From Phoronis australis (Eukaryota > Animalia > Phoronida), in assembly GCA_002633005.1 (NCBI GenBank), contig NMRA01000109.1:842624-906623 (forward strand): a stretch of DNA of 64,000 bases, read 5' to 3'. The translations under genes and the position numbers were made by a program. Positions 1-14,031 of this stretch are shown in pieces. Under the pieces are notes generated by a model. The model was given only the letters and a program-made list of their open reading frames with translations, had not been told where the DNA came from and did no database searches. The first letter of the stretch is position 1. The number at the start of each line of letters is the position of its first letter.

Positions 1-175
1 GCGAAATTCCCCTATCGTTAAAATCACTCCTGCCAAATGTTAGTATTGACTTCTTAAAGTATTGTTGATCAGGGGAGGCAGTCGGGAGGTGGTGATTGGG
101 AATTTTTCCCTCAACTGACAAATTCCCCTCACAGAAGACACTGGCACCTTCCCCTCTGGTAAGCTAAGGACATGC
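1..175 (-). repeat. Partial dispersed repeat related to the element at 58234-58514
   Basis: Shared gaggggaatttcgc / gagggaaaatt-type motifs in opposite orientation. Confidence 0.4.
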
Positions 176-2970
176 ATGGAAAGGACCGTCATTTCATTTT
201 TCGTTTTTGTTTTTGGCAGCTTAATACCGAGAAATTGAAGTTTTAAGGATATTACCGAATTAGCCCTAATAACCACCCAAGGGGCTTAGAAAAATTCGTT
301 TCAGAGGAAGGCACTTAATGTAACTAAAGGCGGTTGAAACCCGGTCTCTGAAACGGGTGAAATCGCAAGCTAAGATTAATCATATTTACGCTCTGTGATG
401 TATCTGTAACCTATGACAGACTTACGATACAAAATTGTGGTGCATTGCTATCAAACTTTGCTGTTAAATTACTATCATTTTACAGAAAATTGTGCTGAAA
501 GTGCTGAAATCCCAGGGCGAAAACTCGCCGACTGACTACCTTGCAATCGTCGATATGGCGACTTCAATGATTGAATAAAAAAACAGTTTCGACTCGAGCA
601 AATTCCCTGAAATCCTCCTTAAGTTTTCCTCATAGTGCCCCTAAGACTTTTAAGTTCCCGTGGAATCGGCATAAACGGCAGGTTAAGTACAAATCTGTGC
701 TACATCGTGCCATCTATGATAGGCAACACGAGAAAAATCTCTGGACCAGAACACACCTTGTTGTCACGTGACGTTTGTTATGAAGTTCGTCTGCATGTGT
801 GAGTAAGCGAGAGCATGCGTGTCACCAGAGTTCATTTGCCAGAGTAAACGCAATCAACAAGCTAGATGTGCATTGTATCTAAATAAATTAGCACAAGCAG
901 TAGGCCTAAAGCAGAACGTGTTTCATTCAGCACTTGCCGGTCTCATGTGCTGAAAACGTTCGACATTTGTCTTGGTGAGGCTTTAGTCGCCGTGTGGCTG
1001 AATGCATACGTGACTACCTGACAGATATTTTTCAGTGTAAGGGTGTGTAAGCATTCACTGTCAGTGGTCATTTTATCGGATATTTGGCTTAAAAACACCA
1101 TGATTAATCAAACAATCTCTCTTAAAAATAACGCTAACATTTTTACAGTATTAGAAACTGTCGGAAATTAGTGCCAATATTCATTTCTTGTCGATGCTAT
1201 GCTACCCGTTTCTTGAATGGATAGCTCCCGACTAACGTCTTTGATGACAGATACATGTATGTAGCGCGGCTTCCTGGCGACGTGCTTTTAACACTGGCCA
1301 AGTTTTTTACTGGTCTTCCAATTCGGTTCGTGGTTTTCACGTGTACAAAGAAATTTGGATTCCTGCTGAGGGCAGGAAATATCCACAATACAATCCCGTT
1401 GACAAATACACTACATCTGTTCTGAAAGGCCTGACCATAGTGGGACACATTCCTTGCAAATCAGCAAAACTTTTGTGTTCCTTTTGAGGCACGGCGGAAG
1501 TTTGAAGTGTATAGTCACAGCTAAATATCGACATAGCGGCGAGGCTCCTGGTCTACAATGATTCTGCGCACAATATTTTTCAGGACTGTCGGATATTATT
1601 GATAAATTGAAGACGTTACAGTAGAATTTTAAGACTGTAAGAAAGCATTTTTCGCACGTACACGTTCATGGGCCGGGCGCTTATTTTAGCAAAGTCTGAA
1701 AACGCGTGGGGGTGCTTATAGGGGCAGGTGCAGTTATTAGGGCGAAAACAGTATTTAATTTTCAATGTAGAAATTTAAGTCATTTTTATTTTATCTTCAC
1801 ACAGTTACTGACAAGAGATGTCGATGAATATATTTCCAACAAATAGGATGTTATTAACTACCTTCAGTAGATGCAAAGCAAAGATGTGTGGTAGAACAGT
1901 TTGATTATGCAAATGAATAAGACTCATTAGCAGGATCATAACAAGATACCATGGCAACTACTGACAACCAAACCTAGAATGTGGCGTGTTCATTTCCAAA
2001 CTTTTTGGATTAAAGCTTTGTATATCAAATGGGATCCAAACAAACCAAGTCATGAAAAATTAACAATGGCAGACACTTCATTTCTTACTGGACAGGAAAA
2101 TAGCTACGGTCAGTCGACACTGATATCCAAACGGGTCGCATCACTGCAGATATATTCAACCTTGGGCAATCAATAAGTCTTTTCATGCTTTCCGATAATA
2201 CAACCTGGGGGTAGAGTCTCTGTACACTAAGTAGTCATTATTTTCATATCAAACACAGGATAATCGAATTAGGTAAGCCCCTTGCATACCAGCTTCAAGC
2301 TAATGCAATATTCCCACCAAAATCAACCAACACTTGTTCACTAACTAAATGGCTAACGTTTCCGCTAGCACTCTCCCCAGCAACAAAATGCTAGTAATGT
2401 GAAAAACGATAACAAATGTTACCTTTACGTGCACTTTGCTGGAGGTTTGAGTTACTCTTAAACTTCTAGCGTTTTAGAAAGCACTTTTGTAGCCAGACCA
2501 CTTATTTAAACCGACACATATGTGCAGCAGTGAAGGGCAAGGGGTCCTTATGGGACCCATTGAAGGTGTTTTGACATCAAGTTTTGCTTAAATCAAAACA
2601 ATTTGGGTGGTGAGGAAACAAACAAGCTACAGGTAAACATGAGCCCTTGGAGGAGAGATGATCTCTGTGACCAAAACCCTAGTGTTTTCACTAGTGTTTT
2701 AGTCACTTATCAGAACCTAGTACAAGTGATATATTAAGAGTTTCTCAAAAATTTTACCAGAGGCTGATATTCTTTTCCCACAATTTGATTCTAAGGCAAG
2801 GTTAAAAAATTCCACCAACAGCAGTTGGTTTTAAACTGTTCCATTTTTGACAAGAGGCTATCAAAAATGGACGCTTAAAGGTTACAGTCTGATAAAAATT
2901 TCAAGTTCCTATGAATGTACCTTTCTTCTTGGTAAATTTTACTAAAAAACATGGTCACGAGACCAACTCG

Positions 2971-3044
2971 ATGGCAGACCGGATTCGAACCTGGGCCTCA
3001 AGAGTTTCGAGTCGCCGACTTTACCACTACACCACTCAGTGGCT
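2971..3044 (-). mobile_element. tRNA-derived SINE head or tRNA pseudogene
   Basis: A box TGGTGTAGTGG and B box GGTTCGAATCC, but the anticodon stem does not pair. Confidence 0.65.
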
Positions 3045-3590
3045 GACGTCATCGAACACGAAAATAGAATACTTAAATGAGCACGCGCAACAATCGCATG
3101 TTCAGCAAAGGGCATTACACCGACATATATACGCTATGAAAAATAAGACGCATAATTTCCATAAAAACGATATAGTAATTCAGTGAAATTTTTCTCTCGG
3201 GTGTTCTCTCACTTTTAAATCACCAATCTCCAATTTGAATGCGGTTATCGTGTCGTCGGGATCCTTTGACTTGAGAATTATAGTCAGTTACTAGTGGTAA
3301 CCTACTTTAGCAGATGATATTTTCCCGGTCGAAGCTTAGCGTGATAAAATGTGTAGTAAGCTATAATAGTTGCGAAACCTTAATTTATAGATTCATTTTA
3401 TTTCTCTTTTGTCTAAATTTTCAATTGGTTTTGAGTATAAGCATTATTTGACAAAAATAGCTCGGTTTTTCTTAAAAGGTCACGACCTCCGACCCCGGGC
3501 CTCTGACATAGAAAGTAGTTACAAAGCCGAGGCGAGTCGAGAAAGGTAGATCGATTCATTGCAATGTTTCTCGTTCAGTATGTGGTATAA

Positions 3591-3725
3591 ATAGATTATT
3601 ACATGTTCTCAGTCGTTATCCCCCGTTATCTAGAGCCCTCGTGGATTTTGGAGAATTCTCGTTCTCCAAGATCCACTCAGGCTCTAGGTAACGGGGGATA
3701 ACGACTTCGCCATGTAATAATCTAT
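3591..3725. mobile_element. 135-bp palindromic MITE (foldback hairpin)
   Basis: Arms ATAGATTATTACATG...CATGTAATAATCTAT with pairing through most of the length. Confidence 0.75.
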
Positions 3726-5383
3726 ATATATAATCATGCATTACCAGTAACCACTCAATAAATGAACTCTAAATGTAACGTGCAATTGTTACTTATAGAA
3801 CTGGGGAATGGAAATGACAAAATATAGTGAGTCCGGAATGTATATCAGAATGTAGGCTTGGAACCAATAACCACAGTTTGAAATGAAGACCAAAGTAAAA
3901 ACAACATGGCAAATGTATCTTTTGGCTAGCAATCCCAGAGTCAAGTGTTTCACCCAGTTTTAAGAAAAGCAAACTGGGAATGGGCAGGCCTAGGAGCAAA
4001 AATGTCCATCTGTTGACAGCTGCTAAAACATAAGGTTAGCCAAGAATGTGGTGTTATGAAGGAAAGGAAAAACAAAGGTGGCAGTGTTGGGCTATGTTTT
4101 TATGAAGAGTTTGTGGTAACAAAAACAATTGCAAGTAGGAGCTGTTTGAAGGCAATGCATGAATGGCCTCGCAACCATGGCAACAAAGATGGCACTTAAG
4201 TTGACCATAGTTTGCACGTAACTCAACCATAATTTGCACCCAAGTCGACCATAGTTTTGAGCACAAAAAATCAGGTGGAGTGCTAAACAACTTAAGTGTT
4301 TCAACTCACAAGTGATTTCATTGGTAGGACTTTTAAATGCAATGACTGGAATTCATAAAAACAACAGAAAATCAAGAGAACCTGAGGCCAGGAGCCCCAA
4401 AAATTGCTGCATTAGAGCAAACTAAAAACAGCAAGGACAGATCCCAAATTATAAGAACACTAGACCTCTACATCCAAATAGATGTTGAGCCATGACAACT
4501 CCATTCTCAATGACCAGGGTATTTATGAGCTTGGTCATTAAGTTGGTCAAAACTACCCAGTATAAAATACTTGAAATTCCATCAACAGGCCTAAGGAAAG
4601 ATATAAAGCTGTTGTGCAACCCCCTTCCCTGGCGAAAAAACAATTTCTGATTTGGACCATTTACTATTATATAAGTGATTTAGAAAAGATTCTTCAGCTT
4701 TGGAAAAATGAGTTCCTTATTGTTCAGACAAGAGATTGATGGACTTGTCATTAATGCCCTGAAAGCATAGACAATAAATAGGCTGGTTCCATCAGTAAAC
4801 AGCTAATGGAGTCACTACTTTGTACATTGGGGACCTTAATCATATGAGTTGAGAAAACCATTTTTACAGGCAAAGCATTAACATCCACGCATCAGTCTAC
4901 ACCAGGACAATTTCAAATAAACGAGGAAGTGGCATTAAACCTGTGCTTTCTGTCAAAAAAGTTTTGAGTTTGGCCGCTTATGTTGTGACGTGAAATTTTT
5001 GTGCGCTTGTTCTAATGTAACACAAATCGTTACTTCTTCCCGATCCCAGAGATGATTTCCAAACCGAGTAAGGAACAAGACATGGTAAGGGACCTTAATC
5101 AAAATTTGTTTTCTGACAGAAAAAATGGGTTTATGCTTCTTTAAAGATTTAAGTTGACTTGGCCCCAGCCAATTACTTAACTGCAAACTGTGCAGCTGAA
5201 CAGGGCTCCGCCCCAAACTGACCACTCTCAGATGAAGCTTTTCAGAGGCAGACCACAGTTATTTCATGTGGTATGAGTGGCTACAAGAGGTTATTGGAAA
5301 TCAATTGTTTCCAGAGTTTCAGCAAAGGCTATGAGTGGGGTTTCATAAATGCGTGGGAATAACAAATAGTGCCGTGCAGGAGA

Positions 5384-5497
5384 TTCACAGTACTATGCTT
5401 GAGGCTTCACAGTACTATGCTTGAGGCTTCACAGTACTATGCTTGAGGCTTCACAGTACTATGCTTGAGGCTTCACAGTACTATGCTTGAGGCTTCA
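5384..5497 (+). repeat. Minisatellite, 22-bp unit TTCACAGTACTATGCTTGAGGC x5
   Basis: Five perfect head-to-tail copies. Confidence 0.95.
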
Positions 5498-5977
5498 GGT
5501 GTACGTTAAAACATACCCATGAAAGGTTTCACACCATAAATGAGAAAAGCTGTACATTTCTCTTCTGCCTAATTGGAATAGAACGCCCATGAGAAAATGC
5601 ATTACGTGTGGATGGTCATCTCAGCATAAAGATACGAGAGATAGTAAATATCAAGAAGTCCAGCACAAGTGATAAGCGTTACAACTCTTTAAGTTGCATG
5701 CAACCAATGGATCACGCAGCCTACTAAACAAACTAGCATAATGCTGGAAGTCCAGCACTAAACAATATAAAGATTTTGAAACTTGGGTGTGAGTAAAGAA
5801 CAGACCATAACAGAGGACCCAGCTTGTTTTTCCAACGGTCACACGTGCGATGTAGCAAAAACGGTCCTAGGCTAAGTGACTGCAAATGCTTTTCTATCAT
5901 AATTCACATTTTAAAAAACAATCAACCCACAACAGAAATCACTTTTCTGAAATTTAAGCTATACCATTTCAGCTGTA

Positions 5978-6221
5978 TCGAGGAGGCAGTGTGGCCTGGT
6001 TGACTAAGTGCCCGCTTTCTTTACTCGAGGTCGTGGGTTCAGATCCCACCAGGTCACACTGCTAAACCCTTGAGCCAGGTTTCTAGCTCCTCAGCTCGGT
6101 TTTAACCATATATTAATAAAGCATAAAAATATTTCCAGGTGATCAGTGCAATGGGCCCACATGCGAGGCCTGCGCACGTCTGGTACAACGTGTATTAGAC
6201 CGCCTGCAATTATTTTTTTAT
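5978..6221 (+). mobile_element. tRNA-headed SINE with 12-bp TSD
   Basis: A-box-like TGGCCTGGTTG, B box GGTTCAGATCC, AT-rich tail; TSD ATTTCAGCTGTA at 5966-5977 and 6222-6233. Confidence 0.85.
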
Positions 6222-6284
6222 ATTTCAGCTGTACCACCTTTATCGACAGGCCCTTATCTGAATTGTCAGTAATGGCTGACTTAC

Positions 6285-6374
6285 CGAGACCTGGAACGTT
6301 GGCATGGTGTCGTCCAACAAAAGCACCTTACACTTGACCTGTTTACCACGAGGCACTGCACCACTGCTCGTCAT
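6285..6374 (-). CDS. FARP1: First coding exon of a FERM-domain protein, FARP1/2 (CDEP)-like (MTSSGAVPRGKQVKCKVLLLDDTMPTFQVS); whole exon about 6285-6460
   Basis: FERM N-terminal strand like FARP1 PSGKLVSIKIQMLDDTQEAFEVP; ATG with in-frame upstream TGA; phase-0 GTAAGT donor; tttcag acceptor before 6460; located downstream of IPO5. Confidence 0.68.
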
Positions 6375-7363
6375 CTTGACGTCTTTTTCTCGTTCCTTCT
6401 CAACAGCAGATCAGCAGATAGGTCAACTCCGGACAATCTGATTGGCTGTCATCTTCAGCTCTGAAACACAACAAACATAGGGCATTACATTTAATATGCA
6501 AACAACAGTAATCACTAGTTACAAAACCAAAACAGTCCCCCAGTAAACAATTTTGCTGACAAACAACATCTTGCACACTTTACAATCCTGTCAAGAACTT
6601 AAGTTAAAATGGTTATGAACCTCAACAGTTCCAAAAGTTTCCATCAAACTTTCACATGAACTGTAAGAGGCGTTGCACACGAGTATATAAATACTGTATC
6701 GCCACCTAGACCTGATCTAAACAGCTGGACAGACAATCTTATTCCTGAACAACGATAGTGAGTGAAACTCAGAAACTGCTCAGTCAAAACAGAAAGAGAG
6801 ACTTAATTGACAACTGTATCACCAGAACCGAAACTAATGGTCTTTTCTTCATCTCACCTCATACATCATTCTAGTTTCAAACTTCACCACATTGAGTATC
6901 AATCAACAAACTACTTATCTGAGCTCAACAACCACAGGCAAAAGCCCTATTTATATGTTAAATTGAGAAAACTGCGTATTAATTTTTTACCTAAATCCGC
7001 TTTTAATTTCGTTAATGCGACCATTCTCATGTGTTCAGTTTCCTTAACGAAACCCGTTTTTTTAAGACGCCCTTGTCATTGACTTTGGTAACTACTGCTC
7101 TGGAGAGCAACGCCAACTGAGTTGAAACTGGTAAAGAATGCGTAAAGAATGCCTGTCAGTAAACCAGTCATGGATTCACTCTAGGGGGCAAATGTGACAG
7201 TTTACCAGCAGCTGTTTAAAACCTCTCAAAACATTGAAAACCTACAATAAATTTCATCTAATCTTTTCTCCCATTGGGCATATATCACATTATCGCTCCT
7301 GATACCAGACAACCCTCCGGAGACCTGGGACTTGCTCCACAAAGAGATCAAGAAGCACATGTA

Positions 7364-7424
7364 TAGATTTTTCAGTACATAGATTTTTCAGTACATAGAT
7401 TTTTCAGTACATAGATTTTTCAGT
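7364..7424 (+). repeat. Minisatellite, 16-bp unit TAGATTTTTCAGTACA x~4
   Basis: Direct tandem copies. Confidence 0.9.
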
Positions 7425-10377
7425 CTACATGTTGTTTTCAACTCTGCAAGAAATGTAGCTTGTAATGTGCTTGCGCGAAGTAAGGATTTCCGTTACTGTA
7501 AATGCTTCGTTTGGTGTTCGCTGCCGCGTATCAAGTAATGCAGTCATTAGCGGTAATATACCTGCCAAACTTGCCGCACAGGAAAAAAGCGCTATTCCGA
7601 GTAGTCACAAGCAAGTAAGAATACCGCTAATGAGAATAGCGAGTTTCCAAGTATTTACGCGGTAACTGTGTGCACACGTACCGGCCTACAACCATGAGTA
7701 GGTTGTAGACCAATGACGACAACAAACAATCAACACAGACGAGGGCTCGATATGAGTGAGTACATGCTCGAATATGAGCGGAAAAAGTACAATGCGAGTA
7801 GAAAATTGACCTCACTCGCACGGGCGCCCATGAAGATTAAGACACTTTACTCCAACCACATGGGTTGTCAAATTTTGAAGTTGCCCAGGAAGACATTTTT
7901 GGGTCTTTTTACAAACACCGATTTCAAATTGTCACAGTCCAGAATTTTCCATTTAATTGTACTACACTACATGTCCATTTGGGAAGACAAAAATTTCATA
8001 ACAACATTGCTTTCAGACAAAAAACGACCTTCAAATTAAAAACAAAAGCCAACCTGCAAACTAATTAAAATCCAAAGCGCAGACATTAAAAATATTCTGT
8101 TTGATAAAGACAGGTGAAGAATGGACAGGAAAGCCAGTGAATCCATTTGGTCAATCATGGGTAATAATGGAGTGAACACAACAGGGGTTTGGCTAGAATC
8201 AATATTATGATAACTCCTTCAGTCATACATTACAAAGCCTGGTGACTTGGGCTAAACATTGCAGCCATTCAGGCAGAGGCCATGCTGGCTTTAGGCACCC
8301 ATCAGTGGCAGAATGAGCAACTGGGATCTCTGTGGTGACATGTGCATTACATGGGCACACAGAGACAGACATCATTCAATTAATTAGCAGAGACGGATAA
8401 TAGCTGTGGTGAGTGAGCAACTCTGGTCAGGGAATTAACAGCAAAGGACAGCCAGATGTTCCCTTCACAGAACCTAGTTCACTGTATGGTAAACAACTCA
8501 CCAATACAGGAGACAATATGGCGTACTGCTGAACTTTATTTTTTCATTTTTACATAAGAACATGTTGCACCATTTGAATTAAAGTTTTACTACGTTCAAT
8601 TTTTTATGATATCTATAATCACACAAACTTTTGAAAACTGGGCACATAGACCAATGTAAGGAGACATTGAAAAATGAGAAGGGCAATTGTTTTTGTCTGA
8701 AACTGCTGAAATTTTATCGTACTTACTGCAAGCTGGTGCTGGCATGCTATAGATAAACAGACAGCACAGACAAAAGTGCCAAGTAATATAGGAAAAAACG
8801 GAGAAAACAGTAAAGTTTCAATTTAGGATATAAATAATTTTAGCTACAAATGATAAAACTCTTATCAAATGTTGTTTGGTGAGTGCTGAAACAAAAGAAT
8901 CTAAATTAATAACTGAACAGTAACTATTGGTTCAGAAATTTGACTAAGTAAAATTTTTCTTGTCAAGTAGAAAACTTCAAAGCTCACTTCACTACAAAAC
9001 CTGAATATTATGGATCGTCTCGAACACTCAGCATCACATCATGGCCAACAAAAGTTTCAAACAGCATCATTGAAAGTTTTCAATCAAAAGAAAGCCTGGA
9101 TTTAAACTAAATGATGATGAAAGCAGACCGATGCTGAGCTTCCAAAATCCTCAAGCAGCTAATGTATTTTGTTTGTTTGAGTTACCTATCACTCACATGA
9201 AAAATTCCAAGGTGCGTGTGCGTGCGTATAATATTCGTGTGCCTTTTCAGTTGATTTTCTCATGCAAAACAACTTCGACTTTCATGCTTCGGGATCAGAA
9301 ATGTTCTCACTTCGCAATCATCTTCAAATGTGACAAGGGATAGATGGGCTTTCCATATCCTGCCTTAAACAATTCACTGAATATTGACAGAACAAAAGCT
9401 GCATATTTCATCAATGAAGCAAAGCAGCACAGCAATGACCCTGTTTTTTCTTGAGGTTAACTAATCTGATTTGAAGTTGACATTGACTGATGGACATTCT
9501 AGACTATTGACAAGTGAAAGCTGCTGAAAATACATACCGGTACATACATACAATTGAGGATCTAAAATTTGTAGATTAAAGTACATTTCGCCTCCTAAAG
9601 CTGACTGATAAAATGTGTGACGTAGATAGGATTCTGTTTCCGTAACAAACTCAAGTCAACGGCAATGTGCACATGCGCCACTTTCATATTCACAATTTTA
9701 TGGTTTGTCAATTGCAATAAATTCTGAAGCGTTTTTATTTGATGGTTTCAGTGTTCGTGCTGGTACTGGAAATAGATCCCTATCACCGTAAGGAATATTA
9801 GGAGATAGATTTTATGAGAGTTGAAAAGGCTCGATTCAATTTTCATTTTTACGCAAGCTAAACAGGGTGAAATGTAATCTTAAACTTTGATAAAACAAGT
9901 GCTGAAACAAGTTAACCCCGCAAAAACACTGCCCTGGACATAGCACAAACATTGAAACTAGAAAGAACTAAGGTACAACCAGAATCACACACTATTTTGA
10001 CAATAAATGCAAAATCAAAACAAGACTTGTTATTGAAAAGCCACAAGACATGTGGCCAAAGTGACAGGGAGGTAGAGCCCAAGAGAGAAGTTGTAACACT
10101 AACATGCTAATGATGTTGATAACTGTTGGATGATAATCAAACTGCCTTGCATTCCATCAACAAGGTGAGTTGGAGATGGTGGTAGTAATTAATGACATGA
10201 ACTCTGGATAGACAAACCAGAGTCAGGTTCACCAAGGGTAGGTAGGTCTGACATGCATCATTCAGTACATATGGCACAGATTTAAGAACTGTTTTGTATA
10301 AAACCTGTGGATACAGTAAAACTAATTCAGACAAAAATTATACGCAGAGCTGTTTTCATGTTTCAAAGGCTTCTAAC

Positions 10378-11900
10378 AGGGATATACCCAGGTTTCAAAA
10401 CCCTGCTTGCTTGCTGGGCAAGTGAGCCAGAAAATCTACTCGCCCAACCCGAAGTTCTATCGCCCGGCCGTTTTGCGTCGCTCACCACAAACTTGCTACC
10501 AACATCAATAAAAATGATCGTTTCGTGCGTTGATGTCACCATCTGTTAGAGCTAGCATCGTTTTTAGAAAATGCAGAATTTCTACAAAGAAACTTTCGAC
10601 GTCGATGAATTCTCAGCAACGCAAGACGTAGCCTTGGTGCAAAGTCAAACACAATGTACTAATATACCCAACTATGCGCCGATGTGGGTAAAAGACTGAC
10701 CAGATAAAATCTGACTCACAATTAGTGTCATTAAAACTACACTCTTCCTTGAGTACACTAAATTATTTACCGTTGTTGGAATAATTGGCGTTCTACCATT
10801 ATTCTGCTGCTAAAATTGCAGCACTACCTTTGCGTCGGCTTTCGGCGCCATGAAATATTGCATCACCCATTCGCTAACTTCTTTGTTCGCCAATTCCCCA
10901 ATCAACTGTTATTCTTTCACTAGGTTACGTACACGGTACAACAAATTATTGTAATTGGTTTCACTTCATTATAAGTTTTTAATATTTTAATACCAGCAAC
11001 CGAAATTTCAGAACATATTTTGCTGTAATCTTTTCCCCGAGAGATGTCGTAAAACTTCAAGGAAATGGCAAGTGCGCGTGTCACAAGAGGACCGTTTTCA
11101 AAACCATGACATACTTTTCTTTGTTACAAAAAGGCAGAGAATGACCTAAGAAAGTGTTCTTCATTTAAAAGGCTGCAATGGGCAAGGTGGGTGGCGGTTG
11201 ACTCCTAGATTTTACATGCACCCCCCCCNCCCCCCCCCCCCACCGTCAGTCTTTAGCTCTACATGTTATACTAGTTTCACGACGAGATGACAAGCAGAAC
11301 TACCCAGGCTGTGTGCAATTTCGAGGACCGTCGGAGCTCAACACAGTGGTACCTAACTTTATTTTGACAATAGTCTTCCTACAGCTAGCCGGCTGGCTAC
11401 TCAAGATACATCATCCAACACAGAACAATCATTTTAATTCAAATGTGTTTTCAATGTTATTATTTATAAAATAATCTTGGCTAAAATTACACTGTTTTGT
11501 ACAATAAGAAGTCAGTTCCAAGAAATATGGTTTTTCACTTGCACATGGACAGGTCTTCCGTCTCTCTCCCCTTTTTCTCTGCTTCGGACCAGTCCACCAA
11601 TTCCTTTGTACAGGACTCACCAAATGTTGCACTCACTGTAACCTTTTGTCTTGAGGAATCGAATAACTGGTGACATCTACTAACTTGGTAGGAGTGCACT
11701 GCGCCGTAACCTTGAATTCATGATAAAAACAGCACAGGGAGGAGAAAATTTATTCATGATCATCTGGGAAACGATAAAGTGCTTTTCCACTCTGAAAATT
11801 CGCTTGCCACCTGGATGACTGGCAAGTGAACTTCTACTTGCCCAGCAGCCCAGCACCACTTTTACTCGCATTGGCAGATAAAATTTCACTTGTTCCCTTG
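10378..11900. mobile_element. Possible degenerate hAT-like non-autonomous element
   Basis: CAGGG start, clustered (c/a)ctcgcc/cttgcc/ggcaag motifs at both ends, CpG-rich interior; no clean TIR or TSD found. Confidence 0.3.
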
Positions 11901-12339
11901 GCCTTATTGTGTCCGATGATGATCAAATCAACCTTGGCAATATATTCAGCAACAATTGTTGAACAATTCTGACGCTGAGTGAAGGTTATGTGGGACCCTA
12001 GACAATGTCCAAACCTCATAAATAATGACTGAATAGATTCATCTGAAACTTTCTTTAAATAAAGAACAATTATTTTTGTGATTTTCTTAGAAACCACATC
12101 TTCCCAACATTGGCTTCCAGCCATTTGGTAGGATTCATTGAATCAGGGACGCTCGGCAACACCGGTATTTTACCCTACTAATAAAGCTATGGTCATGCAT
12201 TTGAATCAGTTTTGGGACCGATCTCAAATACACAACATCATAGCCAAATGTCACTAGCTGCCCAACAAATAAGTACTTTCTGATATAGCCAGGAAGTGGT
12301 AACAGTGACAGGCCCCTCACTTTAGTTAAGTGCCTGCTG

Positions 12340-12570
12340 AAAGTCTCCCATTATAGTGCTGTTTACACTACAAAAGTTGACACAGATCAGCTGCCCACCC
12401 TACCCCCCACGGTGAAAACTTTTGTCACCCGTTTGTGAAGTAGAGCAACTCGTGTCCGATCATCTTTCTCCATGTCAACTATATGTCTAAATGTGAAACT
12501 GGGGCAAGACGGATCATCTCTATTGTGCTTGCACCAAAAACGCACATATATACAGGTGATAATTTTCACG
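12340..12570 (+). repeat. Dispersed repeat family, copy 1 (others at ~16800-17060 reverse, ~19100-19235, ~27820-27920)
   Basis: Shared core ttttgtcacccgtttg..tagagcaa..ctcca..gtcaa..gtctaaa..aaactgggg. Confidence 0.7.
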
Positions 12571-13486
12571 CAATTTTTACGATTTGCCAGTCAGCAGTCC
12601 AGTGCCTGTCCATCTAATTTTAACCCTGACCACCATTTATTTCATTAGGAAATTGTCACATTACACACAGCTTACAGTGAATACCGGGTTCATATCACAT
12701 GCTTGTTTATGTACAGTGGGCCAACTGATGAAAGCATTGATCAGGTGCTAAGAACAATCATTGAAGCAAATTTCACCTCGAATTACGTACATTTGGAGGG
12801 AATTAGAAGCACCATAACAACAAGTATAACAACAACAGTAATAATTGTAATAATAATAATGAACTATGACTGGACCGCAATTTGCATTTTTGTGCAAGAG
12901 CACTCCACATCCCTGCCTACAACTACAATCATCTTGCGCCGTGTCAGTTGAAAGTTTCAAAAGATTTTACTTATGAAACACCATTAACATTAAGTAGATA
13001 ACTCATGAAAAAGCCGTCCAATACATAGACAAGTAATAAATAGATAAAATTGAAATACAATATAATTTCTTCAGTCGGTTGCAACTGTGAACATTTACTG
13101 TACTGCATTTTCATAACGATTCTCTGAATATTAATTGGGAGAACAGTGATGCAAAATACGATGTAATTACACGGTACACCAAACACCAAGTGTAATTGTT
13201 AAACATACCCAGGAGCAAATTCTTTCAGGTATTAACCAACTTCATCAATGCAGAAGTAAAAAAATCAGTAACCACAGAAATCAATCAACCATGGAAATTC
13301 TAATTTGACTTTGCAGTATAATTATTCTGTTTACTACAGCAAGGCTTAAAGGTATTACCAGAAAGGTCTTTTCAATTACATTTGTCCCATATCATTTGCT
13401 AACAAATGTGTAAATTGCACAAGATTCCTATATTAAGTAGAGGTCAAGGTCAAGCAATGGGAAATCCTGAAGATGCAACAACAACT

Positions 13487-14031
13487 GAAGCGTGTTCAAC
13501 AGAGTGAGCGCCCGCTAGCGTGTACTCGCGAACACAAGGAACAGCTCCTGAACAGCTGTGAGCGCTCACTGTGCGATCCAGTATGGCGACTTTGAAGCAG
13601 ACTGTGTTGAACGTCTTAGCCGATGAGCTTAACACTAACAGTCCTTCCTATGGCGTACTGAGCTATAAATATGATTAATCTTTGCCAATAATTATTAACA
13701 TCGGCAGCCCCAAGACAACAACCGTGAAGGCTTTGGCCCGACAAGAATCGAAAATTACGTCGAGGAAACTGTTCCTCGCTACAGCGACCCGCAATTTAAG
13801 TCGCAGTTTCGGATGAGTCGGTCAACTTTTGAGGTTAGTTTTCGTGTTGCAGAACCATAATGGGTTCATATGTTGCAGACGTGAAGCCTTCGCAGGATGC
13901 CATCTTGGAAATCTAAGCGAACATGCTCTCGAGGTTGTTCGCGAGCGCTCGCGAGCGCTAACGTGAACACAGCTGTTCAGGACGAGGGCGCTCAAATCGC
14001 TCGCGGGCGCTCACTCTATTGAACACGCTTC
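13487..14031 (+). mobile_element. Internally deleted PIF/Harbinger transposon
   Basis: TIRs GAAGCGTGTTCAA(C/T)AGAGTGAGCGCCCGC; 13726-13833 encodes ...VPRYSDPQFKSQFRMSRSTFE, the Harbinger transposase N-terminal motif, followed by a GT donor. Confidence 0.85.

Noticed and set aside
2971-3044. Functional tRNA gene
   Set aside because: A and B boxes present but the cloverleaf stems do not pair
3793-3999. YFGLHF as the next FERM exon (DYFGL motif)
   Set aside because: No credible splice sites and poor similarity around the motif; probably chance
5384-5497. CRISPR-like appearance of short direct repeats (also 47032-47136)
   Set aside because: Head-to-tail units with no spacers, eukaryotic context, no cas genes
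11221-11241. Poly-C and poly-G runs (also 35427-35444) as G-quadruplex elements
   Set aside because: Both contain an N, so length and context are unreliable
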